A DNA stretch of 64,000 nucleotides from Octopus sinensis. Taxonomy: Eukaryota. The position numbers were made by a program, and so were the translations under genes. Numbering within the stretch: position 1 is the first letter of the stretch; every line of letters begins with the position of its first letter. The stretch lies in the NCBI RefSeq assembly GCF_006345805.1, contig NC_043003.1:68634001-68698000 (forward strand), read 5' to 3'. Shown here in pieces: positions 38,150 through 51,906 of the stretch. The notes below the pieces were generated by a model. It was given only the letters and a program-made list of their open reading frames with translations. It made no database searches and was not told the origin of the DNA.

Positions 38150-39071
38150 CGAGGTCTGATCGATAAGTATCCGGGCTGTTGCCATAGCAACGAAGCTAAA
38201 GACGCTTGACGAAGATTGACTCTGAACTCTGCTGTGCATGCGCACTAAGTTTTAACGTTCTAGCTCAGTTCCGCTGTTTACAGCAGTGCTTAGAACGAAG
38301 GTGTGTAGCAGCGTGTGATCCTCGCAAGGCCCATGACAGAGAAAGTTTCATGACGACACCTGCTCAGAGGCCTGTGCACAGTTGCAGAAAGTGTATGGAA
38401 AGGAGTGTATGAGCCTCACACATGTCTACGAGTGGTTCAGACATATCCAAGATGGCCGACAAATTGTCGACATTGACGAACGTTCTGGGAGACCCGCAAC
38501 CAGCAGACCTGGTAAAAATCATCGCATATGCGCGTGCAGCTATGGAGCGAATTCATTGAATCACCATCCTTGAGTTATCAGAGGGTATGCAGATTAGTTA
38601 CGGTTCACTTCTCTCCATATCACTGAAGATTTGGGTATGAGATGTATCTCTGCCACGTTTGCGCCAAAACCGCTTTCAGTTGACCAAAAATACACATGTG
38701 CTTGGGTTGAACAATATATTTTATTGGCTATACAGGCTTGCGGGTATGTATATGATACCCTTTGAGTGTGCTGAGATCGATGAAAACTTCTTGATAATTT
38801 TACATAGGGCTCTGAACAGGTATCGCCAAGTTTTGGTAAAATTTAAAGCAGATTCTCTGCTCAACTTTCTCCGTCATAGTCAGTGAGACGACCACACACT
38901 GCACACCTTCATTCCAAGCACTCCTATAAACAGCGGAAGTGAGCTAAAGCGTTAAAACCTAGTGCGCATGCACAGCAGCGTTCAAAATCAATCTGCATTA
39001 AGTGGCTTTACTATGTGTGCCTTAGCTTCGTTACTATGGCAACAGTCCGGATACTTATTGATCAGACCATG
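38150..39071. mobile_element. Non-autonomous mariner built from two 5' ends; TA TSD
   Basis: TIRs cgaggtctgatcgataagtatccgg / ccggatacttattgatcagaccatg, TA on both sides. Plus arm MTEKV..DTCSEA..QKVYGKECMSLTHVYEWF..DERSGRP; minus arm MTEKVEQRICFKF. Confidence 0.85.
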
Positions 39072-41245
39072 TATATGCACTTACATAAATACATGTATAT
39101 ATTTATATATACTTACATACACATGCAGAGCGTTCTTCCGCTCAAAATCGACTCATAGCACATAACACGTTGTTCTTTTGAGACTAGTAATGATGACATT
39201 TGGTGAAATAAGTGTAAAGGGGAACTTTAGTCGTTAAGAGATGTAGCACGTATCCATCCATATACTCCTTCCAGCCAACTTGTTTCCGCACGCTTCCTCC
39301 TTTCACATTGGAATCTGAATGGTGTTTAAACTAATTATAAAGAAACGGAATTCTCAGTGGCCTCGTGTTTAAAAGTGTGCCATCTCGTAAAAATCTATAT
39401 GGTCAGTTAAACAATTACCATTTTACAGTTATATAAATGAATGTTTATTAAACACAGAATAAAACATTTCAAAGTTACTTTTCGTTAGGTATATGTACTT
39501 AATAGATAAATTCATTAATTCGACTTCCTGATTAAGCTGGTTTCGTGTGATGCATTCACAAAAAAAAACTGTGGAGAAATCGATACCGAAAGAAATCGAT
39601 AGAAGAGGTAATCTTACTGTTTGTGCAAATAGTGTTACATTTAAAAAATTTCAGAATTTGAACTCATTTTCTATAATTTTACATATTAAAAAAAATCAGT
39701 ATTATTTTCGTTTAGATGTTTATGCTAATATGTAGTTTGATACAAATGAGATTGGGATTATGCAATGAGTCATTTTGGCGCTGCCTATTTGGCGTCGCTG
39801 ATTTACGCTGACAGATTTGACATTAATATAACTTGTACTCACAACCTACAAGGATATAACTAAATACCTCTAAGTATTTTGTCCGAGTCCCCTTGAAGGC
39901 TGGCAACTTATCACTCTTATAACGATGATGCTAAAATTTCTATCAGTAAAAAATTATATCGATTTTTATTGAAATATATTTTCATATTAACAAGCACAGC
40001 TTTGCTCGTAAGTCACCTGATTTTGAATCCTATTTGCCATGTGATGTCGAATTATATTTGCCAAGTACAAGAGAAATTGTAATTGAATAATTGTATTATA
40101 TACTTGCTTTCAGTGGTAGATAATGTAAAATTAACCTTCTACAAGGAAAACTCAAAACTTTGTCCATTCATTACGTTATATCACTCGTTACTCATTGTAT
40201 AACACTTGTACATAATATACAATGACAGCCATAATTTGAATCATGTGATACTGTTGTGTTTGATGTAGAAGTTAATTCTCCGACCACTGTTCCATACATG
40301 ATGATTTTCGTGTACATAATATAATTCCAACTGTTGTGTCATATAACTAAGCGATTAGTTACTATAGAGATAAATTCCAGATATTTTGTTCCGCGTTAAA
40401 TCGCGCGGCGGCATGCAAATGGCCATCAACAATGTACATTTCGCTGTCACCATTGATTATCTCTAATATTATTACAACGATGTCTCTCCGATTACAGATA
40501 ACACTAAAGAATACAGTAAAGTTGTATATTTTTATGAGAAAACAAAACGAAATAAAAAATAATTTATCTACGGTGTTAAGCCTTATCAGATATCAAACAA
40601 TTGCAGTTATCAATCGTATATTAGTGTGTTATGTCACTTTGACATGCAGTCATACTGACACGATACGATATTATAATTAATATTTGATAATACATGCATA
40701 TTTTTTTATGACTCAAATGTAATGGGATATTATCAAAGTGTAGTATCGCCATGAATTGGCGGTAACAACACAGCATGTGATAAATTATCTGGCAGTTTTA
40801 GTTATATCTATTTTTAATCTATGTTCGATCATACAGTGCTCATCTTCATTTTTTTTATGATTTAACTAGAAAGAAAGGTATTGCCTATCATGCTAGTGGG
40901 AGAGGTAGTGGAACGTATCCACAAACCGGAAGTTTAGCCCAAATGCTTGAAATGAAATAAACTCTGCAAAAGGCAGCCGAAATCAGAGGCGTTAATGTTA
41001 AACAGGGTAACCTGTTAGCTCTACCACCCACATTGGCCGGATGTTAATTCAGAACGCGAAGAATACGAACAAACACCGCAAGGCGTCAAGTCCGATGTTA
41101 TTACGATTCTAATAATTCAAAGCCTAAGCTTGATAACATTTTGTTGACCTGGAAAAAATGAAAAGCAAAGATGACCTCGACGGGATTTGAACTTATAGTG
41201 CTGAGTTTTATAAGGAATTCCACGTAGCATGTTAGCTGATTACTG

Positions 41246-41293
<48 letters not shown>

Positions 41294-41329
41294 TATATAT
41301 ATATACGTTTATGCACATATACATTCAAT

Positions 41330-44300
41330 ACATACATACATATAGATACATATATATATACATACATACATACACACACACATACATACATACATACATG
41401 CATGCATGCATACATACATACATACATACATACATACATACATACATACATACATACATACATACATACGTGCATACCTACACAAATGATGGCCGCCCAC
41501 TCGTGACCGAGGAAAACAATTACTGACCTTTAGGAACATTGCGCTCAGGATTACCTTATAATTTAGACATGCGGCTCCGTTGGTGGCTAACGAGACCTGC
41601 ATTTGACAAACATACATAGCTGCAAACATTACAGACCTAGCTTTTCCCATTCATTACACTAGCAGGGCGTTTTCGAGCAGCACGCTTACATTTTTCATGC
41701 AGAACACGTGCTCTTTTTAAGTTATCGATTACCTTTCTTTCCTCCAACCGTGGCGATGGCAAGCATTGCTCTCCTAGTCGGCCACCCGCGTTCCGCAGGC
41801 CTTTAATGAGGACTTTAACAGTCCTTAAATCGCAGTCTTGGCTTCTGCCGGAGTTGCTTTCCACTAACAATTTCCCCATAAAACATCTGTTTCGGGACCC
41901 TGCTATCATTCATTCTAATAAGATGTCCAGTCCAACGTAACCTGTGTTTGTGCAGCATCGCCTCAATACTCAGGATATCGGCCTTCCTCGGGTCATGTGT
42001 ATCTGTAGGAATCAGCTGCTCTCTGTAGCCTGAAAGATATTTCATCATTCAGGGAGGAAGAACGGCTGAGGCTGCTACCCACGTAGACAAACTTGTCTAC
42101 CACTTTCGGTATTGTTCCTTCAACAAAGATAGCAGGATCCACATATGGATTTCCTGGTGCAGGCTGGAACATTACAACAGACTTGTCCAATGCTGAGTCC
42201 AACTGCCTTGCAAGAAGCAGGAATATGATTCACAAATATTTGCATATCATCCGCTGTATGAGTGACTAAGTTACAGTCATCTGCATAAGTTGACACAGGT
42301 TAAAAAGACAGCCAGAAGATCAATACCTAAGATATATCCCAAGAGAGCTGTCCACAGCAAAAGCATGAGTAAGAATAGCAGCAAAGTACAGAGAAAAGTG
42401 TGTTGGCGCAAGGATGTCATCCTACTTGACACCATTCTTTACATGAATAGGTCCCACCACCAACATTGATACAAACCTCCATCCCGTCATGAAATGAATC
42501 GATTATTGATACAAAGTGATCCGGACATCCAAGTTTGCCATGTATTTTCCATAGGGAGGCCCTATTCACAGCATCAAAGGCCTTGGTTAAATTAATGAAT
42601 ACCTGGACAAGATCTATATTCTGCGCATAGCACTTCTCCTGCATCTGTCTGGCTGTAAAGATTATATCCATTGTTTCTTTTCCAGATTGTGATGCAGGGA
42701 GGGCATCATTTACAAGACACCATTCAGGCCGATAAGAAGAATACGTGCCAGAAACATTCCAGCAGAGGATAGTAGAGCAATACCTCTGTAGTTGCCACAC
42801 TCTACTCTGGCTCCTTTTACCTTTATAGAGAAGATAATAATAGCATCCATCCAGTCCTAAGGCATTGCCTCACCCCTCCAGATTACACTAATAAGTTTAT
42901 GAAGGGACTTTATGATGTGATCACCACCAAATCGCAGGACTTCAGCACAAATACCATCCTTACCAGGTGCCTTACCGAGATTCAATTTACTTATAGCTGT
43001 CATTACCCCACCTATTCAGGGCGTGGAATTTAGGGAGCAAATGACAGGTTTCTGTAGCATAGTATCAATCACTGCTTCGTCCACAACTGACTCATTGTTT
43101 AGAAGTTCGGAAAAATGTTCAATCCAGCGATCCGTGATGTCTGTTGATTTAATAAATTGAGTAGAAGACTCCTTGGAAAGCAGAGGATCTAATGCAGAGT
43201 TCTTCATAAGATGGTAAAGCTTCTTGCTGTCATTTGCATCAGCGGCAGCCTGAACATCACGACCAAGGTCCTTCCACCAAGTGTTCAGCATCTTCCTGAG
43301 AGATTGCTGCAGTAGTGATTTTACACTGCTGAAGTGGGAAAATGCTAGATTTCGTCGCACCACTGAACGTCCTCTATGCAACAATACATTGTGGGCATGG
43401 CAATTTACGACCGGCAGTCGCTGAACTTCAGCATCATTTTCATTAAACCAGTCTTTGTGTCTGGCTGTAGCATATCCTATTGTTTCACCAGCACATTGAA
43501 AAAGCTGGTCTCGAAAGTCGTCCCACACTATAGTATTTTCAATGCTGGGTAAACGATTCTGAAGCGCTTTCCTGATCACAGTATTATATATCTTATGGAC
43601 ATTCAGACGCCGAAGAATGCCAAATGGCTCACTTCTTTCATTCTGATCATCATCCGGAACTTTACTCGCACCAGGTTGTGGTCCATCCAGCACTCCGAAC
43701 CTGAAAAGGACTTGGCATTACAAATGTCATTGATGTCACGCTTGCGAATAAAGACATAATCCAACAAGTACCAAACTTTAATCAGTGGGTGCATCCACGT
43801 TTACGTGTGATCACCTCCGCGCATTAAACGAATGCTTGCGATGTGAAGTCTGTATACTTCGCAAAGTTCCAGAAGCATGAGATCATTGCTATTCATCTTT
43901 CCTATACCAAAACTCCAAGAGAGTTCCACGTCTGCCAATCTGTTCCAACCATGGCATTGAAATTCCCTAGTAGAATGACTGCATCAGAATTGGAGATTTT
44001 CCTAAGTATGGCTCTCAGCTGAGTATAGAAAATAGTTTTATCTTCATCACAACTGCTCAAAGTAGGTGCATAGTCACTTATTGAAGTAGCAAACCGCCCA
44101 TTTCTCATGTGCAAACGTAGTCCTTAGACAATCATTTATAGGGACAGGAAATTCCTCCAACTTCTTAAGGATTTCAGATCGAACTGCAAAGCCAACACCA
44201 CACTCTTGGCGCTCCTCAGTTTTTCCTGCGAAAAAAGGTGTATCCTCGTCCTACATCTTTAAGCTGATCATCACGTTCTACATGAGTCTCTGAAAGTGTA

Positions 44301-44740
44301 GCTATATCAGTGTTATAAGGGTTCAGCTTGCGAGTAACAAGTGCAGTGTGTCCTTCAGGCCTACAGTTACTCTAGTTATCCAACGGAGTGCGCACATTCC
44401 AACATGAAATATTCAAGTTTCAACCAGATTTCATAAGTATTCTCTTTGCTTTCCGAGTGCAGGACGTACATCCTTCAATCACGCTAAACTAACCAGACAG
44501 AGAAAGACAGGCAATTTTTCGTTCACCTTTTCCAGAAACTCTCCGGCTCCGGGTGAGCAGTGTGCTCCCCAAGTGGAGGTGCTCAGGCACCTATGCAGCA
44601 ACCGAATCCCATCGCTGTCTTGGGCGACGAGGAGATGACTTTATATGTAGCATGGGCCGCCTACGTTCAGGTCGCTGACTACATGCTTCCAATCCGTCAG
44701 GTCTGGATCCTCACCACCTGCCCATCGCCGCAGGACTTCT
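41330..44740 (-). mobile_element. Near full-length decayed RTE (BovB-like) LINE
   Basis: APE start NISCWNVRT, YAPTLSS-like and ILLGNFNA; RT FINLTKAFDAVNR, GVK*DDILAPT, TYADDC; HKHRLRWTGHLIRMNDSRVPKQMFYGE; (TATG)n tail at 41330-41470. Confidence 0.92.
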
Positions 44741-45232
44741 GAATAAAAAAATATATAAATATATATCTATAGAAAAAGAAGAGAGAAGCTATGCACATGT
44801 AAAGGGAAATGGCAGCAATGGCTGTGCAAAGTTTTAGTTGCATGACACTTCACAGAGCCTCTCCACTCTATTGATATTATCCAGAGACAAGCCGAGGCAA
44901 GATGACTGGGTGCAGGCTCAGGGATGTGGGAGAGCCATGATCTCAAGAGCCCAAAAGTGTCCAACGCCATTCCCTGCATTTCTGGTTTTATATCAGAGAT
45001 GCCTTCTCCAAGAGACATGACTCAACAAGAACTAAGAGGTGCTTCAAACTCGGGGCTCTTCAAGCACTTCAGACACCATCTCAGAATTCTCTGTGCCCGT
45101 TACTCTTGATAGATAGTGAGTGAACCTGCACTAAGTTCACCTGGCGGCCTTTGAACAGGTCTTGAACAGGTCACATGTGACCTGTATATATACATACATA
45201 CATACATACATATATAAATACATTCATACATA

Positions 45233-46206
45233 CGAGGGACGTTCAATAAGTATTACCCCTGACCCACTTCCAGTAGCAGTAGAGCAACTAAACTTGGCAC
45301 AGTTAATAGTCTTTTCTACTTAGGAACCACCCAGAGTTACGCATTTCTCCCATCGTTTGATGCAGCTTTGGAGACCGTTTTTGTAGAAGACCCCAGCTTG
45401 GTTCTCCAACCACGACGTGACTTCAGAAATCAAGGCTGCATCATCTGGGAAACGCTTTCCTTTCAAAAACAACTTCATGGCAGGGAAGAGGTGAAAATCA
45501 GAGGGTGCAAGGGCAGGATTTCTGAATTTCTGCGACCAACATTTTAGATGTTTGCTCAAAAGTAGATATCTATATGTATATATGTATATATGTATATGTT
45601 CGTAGCCGCACGCTGTGCTTCTGATCTGGCGACACGCGAGTTGTGGACCGGAGCGTTGTCCTGCAGGAGGAGGATGCCTTTGCTGATCTTGCCCGCCTCT
45701 TGATTTTGATAGCTTCTCTTAATTTCCTCAAAAGTGAAGCTCCTGTAATTGTGGCCCTCTTTGCCAGGAAATCTGTGAGCATGAACTTGCCAGCGGAGGG
45801 CTGCACCCTTGCCTTCTTTGGAGGAGGTGATTCACGGTGCTTCCACTGCATTGACTGGGCTTTGGTCTCTGGATCATAGTGACGGACCCAGGTTTCACGA
45901 TGCCAGCATTTTACGAGGTCATATGATGGGGCATCATCACCATAAGTTACTTTCATTTCATCAAAAGTCTCCCGTGGTGTGCGTCCTTTCCAATACAAAA
46001 ACCGGATCACTGCTCGACACTCAACAAGTTCCATTTCACACTTGACTCAGTTCAAACACCTGTAATTCAGAAACCACAATTAGTTCAGAGCTGTAATTTG
46101 CCACTTAATCTATAGAGATATAAATAATTGCACATGAGAAATTTAATTTCAGCTCGATCAAACAACTGCGAGTGGGTCAGGGGCATTACCTATTGAATGT
46201 CCCTCG
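45233..46206 (-). mobile_element. Internally deleted mariner transposon; TA TSD
   Basis: TIRs cgagggacgttcaataagtattacccctgaccca / tgggtcaggggcattacctattgaatgtccctcg, TA at 45231-32 and 46207-08. Transposase MELVECRAVIRFLY.., TWVRHYDPETKAQSMQW, LAPSDFHLFP, RWEKCV. Confidence 0.9.
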
Positions 46207-46831
46207 TACATACATACATACATACATACATACATACATACATACATACATACATACATGCATATGCATATGTGTGTGTATGCGCGTGTGGATGCGTTTG
46301 TATATAGTTCAAAGGTAACAGCTGAATTTCTGCGACCAACATTTTAGATGTTTGCTCAAAAGTAGATATCTATATGTATATATGTATATATGTATATGTA
46401 TATACACACACACACACACACACACCACACACACACACACAAACACATACACACACACACATACACATATATATATATATGCATCATACATGAACTTAAA
46501 AAGTTCAACCATATTGTACATGTATATTGAAAACGCTAATTTTATTGTATGTTCTGCTTTAGGATGGGTTCCTGTTGATAAATATTTTATTGCGGTTATT
46601 TGTTTGTACCAACGCTATGTCGAGTCAGTCATTTCTGATATATTCTCCACTCTTGCAAGCATTGCACGTTCCGTTCACAAAATGCTGTCACTTGCTGATT
46701 CATCTACTTTGCTAAATGGACTTCTAAATTGATATAAAACACTTTAATGCCTAAAGTTGCATAACACACTAAACCAATTACATGTCTTATATGTTAAAAT
46801 CCTCCAACTACGCAGTTATATAGAAGCGTAA

Positions 46832-46894
<63 letters not shown>

Positions 46895-46941
46895 GAATAA
46901 CATATTGTATGTGTGTATGTGTATATAAATACATACATATA

Positions 46942-47048
<107 letters not shown>

Positions 47049-48214
47049 ATATACATACATATATATGTATGTATGCATGCATGTATGTATGTATGCATGC
47101 GTGTACATACGAAATTGGAAGTGTTTTTTTTTTCTAGTAAGCTTCAATGATTCGATACATTTGCAATGGCACACATCGCTTGGTTTTGATATCATTAACT
47201 ATATTTTTTTTCTATATTCGTAACGGTTCCTCAACCCTTATACATCACACTAAAGTGAGGTAATTCTGAATACTGTAAACATTATACGTTTTGTCAGTAT
47301 ACTAAGCATAAAAGCCAAACCTATCTTACTGCCACATATACCCTTCTGCCTTTCAATAAATTTAGAAGTCCGCTGCATGTTTTTCTTACATATGCTTAAG
47401 AAGCGGAATGATCACAGAATAGTTTTACACATAACCTGTTCGATCAGTATTTATCAATTTTACAATCATAAAGTGAAGTTTTGCATCAGCTTTTAATGAT
47501 ATCAGGTCTTATCTGTATTTCATTGTTTCATAGAATCTTGTTTATCATACAATGATCTTGTATAACAAACCGGCATATACGATCTAACTACAATTTAGAC
47601 ATATCTATTCTTAATCTTAGTGTGGGAATATTGTTTTAGTATGTTTATGTGTGTATATGTACATGTGTGCATACTTGTGCATATATGTGTATCGTGTAGG
47701 TGTGTGTGTATCTGTGTGAAAAACAACGAATGGATTTCAAAAAGCAAAAATGTTAGACTACACTAAATATGTAGAAAACCTCATCGTTTTTTTTTTTTAT
47801 CATAAATGAACATGAGAGCAAACGCGAGTACATATATATGACAAGAGGTTTATGTAGAGAAAAATATAGGACTTGTGGGAGTAGTTTTTAGCTGATATTA
47901 ATCAATATTCAAGCGGTGGCTGTGACCGACACGTTACTAATTTATAAGCGACATAATTTTGGGTAAAATGCTAATTCACCAATATCGTATCCGAGATTAA
48001 AAATACTATTTTACTGAATAGTAATATTAAAAGCGATGTACTGCTTATGCTTTTCTGATTTATGATTTATGATAATACAGTTCCATATTTAAGAGATGAG
48101 GGCTTATGAGCATTATTTACATTATTATGTGTAGGTGTGTATGAATACACATTTGTGTATATGTATGTATCGCGTAGATGTATGTGTGCCTTAACCACAA
48201 AGCCATACGCCCAC

Positions 48215-48285
48215 GGGCATATGACGTAGTGATTAACAGCGCGGGCTACTAACCCCAAGATTCCGAGTTCGATTCCAGGCAGCGA

Positions 48286-48289
<4 letters not shown>
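48215..48289 (+). mobile_element. tRNA-like Pol III head of a composite short element
   Basis: A-box-like TGACGTAGTGATTAA, anticodon-like ggg-CTACTAA-ccc, B box GTTCGATTCC; 48189-48212 is a remnant of the inverted partner arm. Confidence 0.75.
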
Positions 48290-48360
<71 letters not shown>

Positions 48361-48364
<4 letters not shown>

Positions 48365-48660
48365 GACCTGGAAATAGAGGTAACTAGAATGTGGAATCTG
48401 AAAACAGAAACAATTCCTATCATAGTAGGTGCATTAGGCATGATAAAAAAATATTCAGACAAATACATAACAAAAACACCAGGACTTACAAACACATATA
48501 ACATACAGAAAATTGCACTACTAGGCACTGCACACATCCTACGCAGAACACTTTCCATACAATAACCATCAGAGCATCACAACAAATCACAGCACATACC
48601 AAGGCACACAGAGCTGTGCTCGGTAGTGAAGTGAAAGCACGCTATAAAAATAAAACTACT
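48361..48660 (+). mobile_element. R4/Dong-type 3' fragment inserted in (AAT)n
   Basis: KDLEIEVTRMWNLKTETIPIIVGALGMIKK..IQKIALLGTAHILRRTLSIQ* plus 3' UTR; (AAT)n on both sides. Confidence 0.88.
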
Positions 48661-48698
48661 GAATAATAATAATAATAATAAATAATAATATAATAATA

Positions 48699-48736
<38 letters not shown>

Positions 48737-48827
48737 TAATAATAATAACAACAACAACAAGACCAGCAACAACATCAACATCGAAAAATACCTTAGGAGT
48801 GAGAACCCAGGTTCGAAATTTCTCCAA

Positions 48828-48873
48828 GATGCCTGATGAAGGCTGGAGGGTATATCAGCCGAACCGTTGTGTT
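48828..48873 (+). ncRNA. Minimal type I hammerhead-like motif
   Basis: GAUGC-CUGAUGA-A-GGCUG-10nt-CAGCC-GAA[C]-CG-UU-GUGUU: perfect 5-bp stem II, 5-pair stem I with wobbles; A15.1->C. Confidence 0.6.
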
Positions 48874-49025
48874 AACAACAAACAAGATGAGGACAAATAT
48901 CCGTCAAATGTAATAATGTAAATAACGTATGATTTATGAATTTTGATTTTTGAATAGCCAGTTATGTACAAATTGAACCACTTAAGTATATATGTATGCA
49001 TATATGAGTATCTCCCTCCCTGTCT

Positions 49026-49180
<155 letters not shown>

Positions 49181-49181
49181 C

Positions 49182-49445
49182 GCATTTGGCAAACTCCGTC
49201 CATAGCCTCTAGAATGAAAGAAGCATTAAATTTGACACCAATGTACAGGTCTATAAAACTGCCATTCTTACTAAACTCTTGCATGACTCAGAATCGTGAA
49301 TAGTCTGTAGACGACACATTAATCAACTAGAAATCTTCCATAAAGGTTTTCTCAGGACAATATGCGGTTATACACTAAAAGACAGAGTTTCCAATACCGA
49401 CCTGTTTAGCAAGTGTAAGATTGGTGGAGTCGAGTGCTTCCACTT
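49182..49445 (+). mobile_element. RTE LINE fragment
   Basis: AFGKLR..IKFDT..VYKTAILTKLLHDSES*IVCRRHINQLEIFHKGFLRTICGYTLKDRVSNTDL. Confidence 0.7.
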
Positions 49446-49829
49446 TCACATTCTCTAATAACGTGTTCACACGCCATATAAAGTAAAACTATGTGGAAAA
49501 ATATTTTTTAAAGTTTTGATCTATTTTATCAGTTGGTAGTTTGATGCACCTGTGTTTCAGAAGGTACTTTCATATCCGGCTGCATTTAGTAAATACCTAT
49601 ATTCTCTACAATTTACATAACATATATACGTGCGTGCATGTCTCCATGTAGAAACAGGATTACGGTTTTAGAGTTCTTATAGGGTTTCGTAACTCGTTTT
49701 TTGATCATCTTTCATCTTATGGGTCCCCAAGTTTAGAGAATGAAAGGCTGGAAGAAATGAAATGAAGGAAAAAGGAAGGACGACAATGAAAAAGGAGGAA
49801 GATGAATGAGGATGAAAAGAGGAGGAGGA

Positions 49830-50085
49830 GTAGAAATATTAAGAGACGAAGAAGAGAAAGAAGGAGAAGGGAAAGTGTGCAAGAAGACGTGTTGATGATG
49901 GTGAAATATTAGGGTGTGGTGGAAGAGAAGGGTAAAGTTGTAGCAGCAGTTGCTGTTGCTGATGGTGATGATGATGAAGATGATGATGATGATGATGCAG
50001 AAGAAGCTGAAGAAGAAGAAGAAGAAGAAGAAGAAGAAGAAGAACAACAACAACAACAACAACAGCAACAACAACAACAAGAGGT
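49830..50085. repeat. Purine-rich compound triplet tract (GAT/GAA/CAA)
   Basis: Direct reading. Confidence 0.85.
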
Positions 50086-50333
50086 TTATGAAAATACAAC
50101 ATAATATAGTTCATATCCCTAACTCAGTCTAACAGTCTCCCTTTTTCCCTTCCTTTTCACATTTACGATTTACATTAAAAAAAACATCACTTCTATTTTC
50201 TATCCGTTTATAAACTTTTATGATTATTTCTTTATTATAACTCAGAAATTGATGCTGTAAAAGCAATTCAAAGCTAAGTATTCATCATATTTCTCACAAT
50301 TTCTAGTATATATATATATATATATATATATAT

Positions 50334-50371
<38 letters not shown>

Positions 50372-50449
50372 ACATATATATATATATATATATGTATGCA
50401 TGTATATATAGCATATATATATATATATATTATATATATATATATATAG

Positions 50450-50497
<48 letters not shown>

Positions 50498-50569
50498 ATA
50501 TATTATATACATATATATATATATACACATATACATATATATATATATATATATACATATATATATGTT

Positions 50570-50606
<37 letters not shown>

Positions 50607-50732
50607 TTATATATGTGTGTGTATATATTTATATGTATATATATGTATATATATATATATATGTATATGTATACATATATATACATACATACATACATAC
50701 ATACATACATACATACATACATACATACATAC

Positions 50733-50763
<31 letters not shown>

Positions 50764-51515
50764 TATATATATATATATATTATATATATATATATATATA
50801 TTATATGTACATTTTTCAAGATTGCTTGAATTTATTGCAGTAACACTTCAGGAAACAGTAATAAGATATTGTTGATTAGCAGTTCTTTTTCATGTTTTCT
50901 ACTATTTCTTTTCTTTTTTGGGGTGGTTTTACAAGTATATTATCTCTTTCTTTCTCTTCATGTCTTTAAATTCTTGCGTATATATTTTTCGAAACAGAAA
51001 TTACATTAAAAAATTTCCTTTCTTGCTATATTGGAAAATGAAGGGAAGCCATATTTTAGTGTCGAATACAACACTTTCAATACGTTCTCATATTTTATTT
51101 AATATCAAATTTTATGTCTGTACCTTATTTCTACTTTTGTTTCTACAACACAATTCCCTTCTTTTTCTTTTTTCTTTTTCACAGACATACCGATATACAA
51201 TTCTATTGAAACATTGCAATGTCTGAATGTCTTGTTTCACCGGTAAAGAGCACGAGTTAAGAACACATAGTATTTAAAGTGGAGAAATGTTATGTTCTCT
51301 GGTGACGAAAAATAACAGCCATCAAATATTCACATTCAAATATAATCTGCCACAACTTAGCTGGAATGGATAGAGACCTTATGTATATAACAGACTAATG
51401 CCCGCACACACGCGAGCGCGCACACACACACATAAACACACACAAACACAGGTAAACTTACACATGCAACAACTATTTCTCGTTCTATCTCTCTGCGTAT
51501 ATACACACACACATA

Positions 51516-51906
51516 GGCGCAGGAGTGACTGTTTGGTAAGTAGCTTGCTAACCAACCACATGGTTCCGGGTTCAGTCCCACTGCGTGGCATCTTGGGCAA
51601 GTGTCTTCTGCTATAGCCCCGGGCCGACCAATGCCTTGTGAGTGGATTTGGTAGACGGAAACTGAAAGAAGCCTGTTGTATATATGTATATATATGTGTG
51701 TATGTGTGTGTTTGTGTGTTTGTCTCCCTAGCATTGCTTGACAACCGATGCTGGTGTGTTTACGTCCCCGTAACTTAGCGGTTCGGCAAAAGAGACCGAT
51801 AGAATAAGTACTGGGCTTACAAAGAATAAGTCCCGGGGTCGATTTGCTCGACTAAAGGCGGTGCTCCAGCATGGCCGCAGTCAAATGACTGAAACAAGTA
51901 AAAAGA
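51516..51906 (+). mobile_element. SINE family B, full length
   Basis: Head ggcgcaggagtgactgtttggtaagtagcttgctaaccaaccacatggttccgggttcagtccc (B-box-like GGTTCAGTCCC); end tcaaatgactgaaacaagtaaaaagag. Confidence 0.9.

Noticed and set aside
46586-46732. Possible host exon after a tttag acceptor (GWVPVDKYF...)
   Set aside because: No recognisable domain, no partner exons, and an ORF of this length is expected by chance.
48215-48289. Functional tRNA-Ser(ACU) gene (also at 32729-32793)
   Set aside because: Acceptor, anticodon and T stems pair poorly, there is no long variable arm or T-run terminator, and it is embedded in a repeat; treated as a tRNA-derived head.
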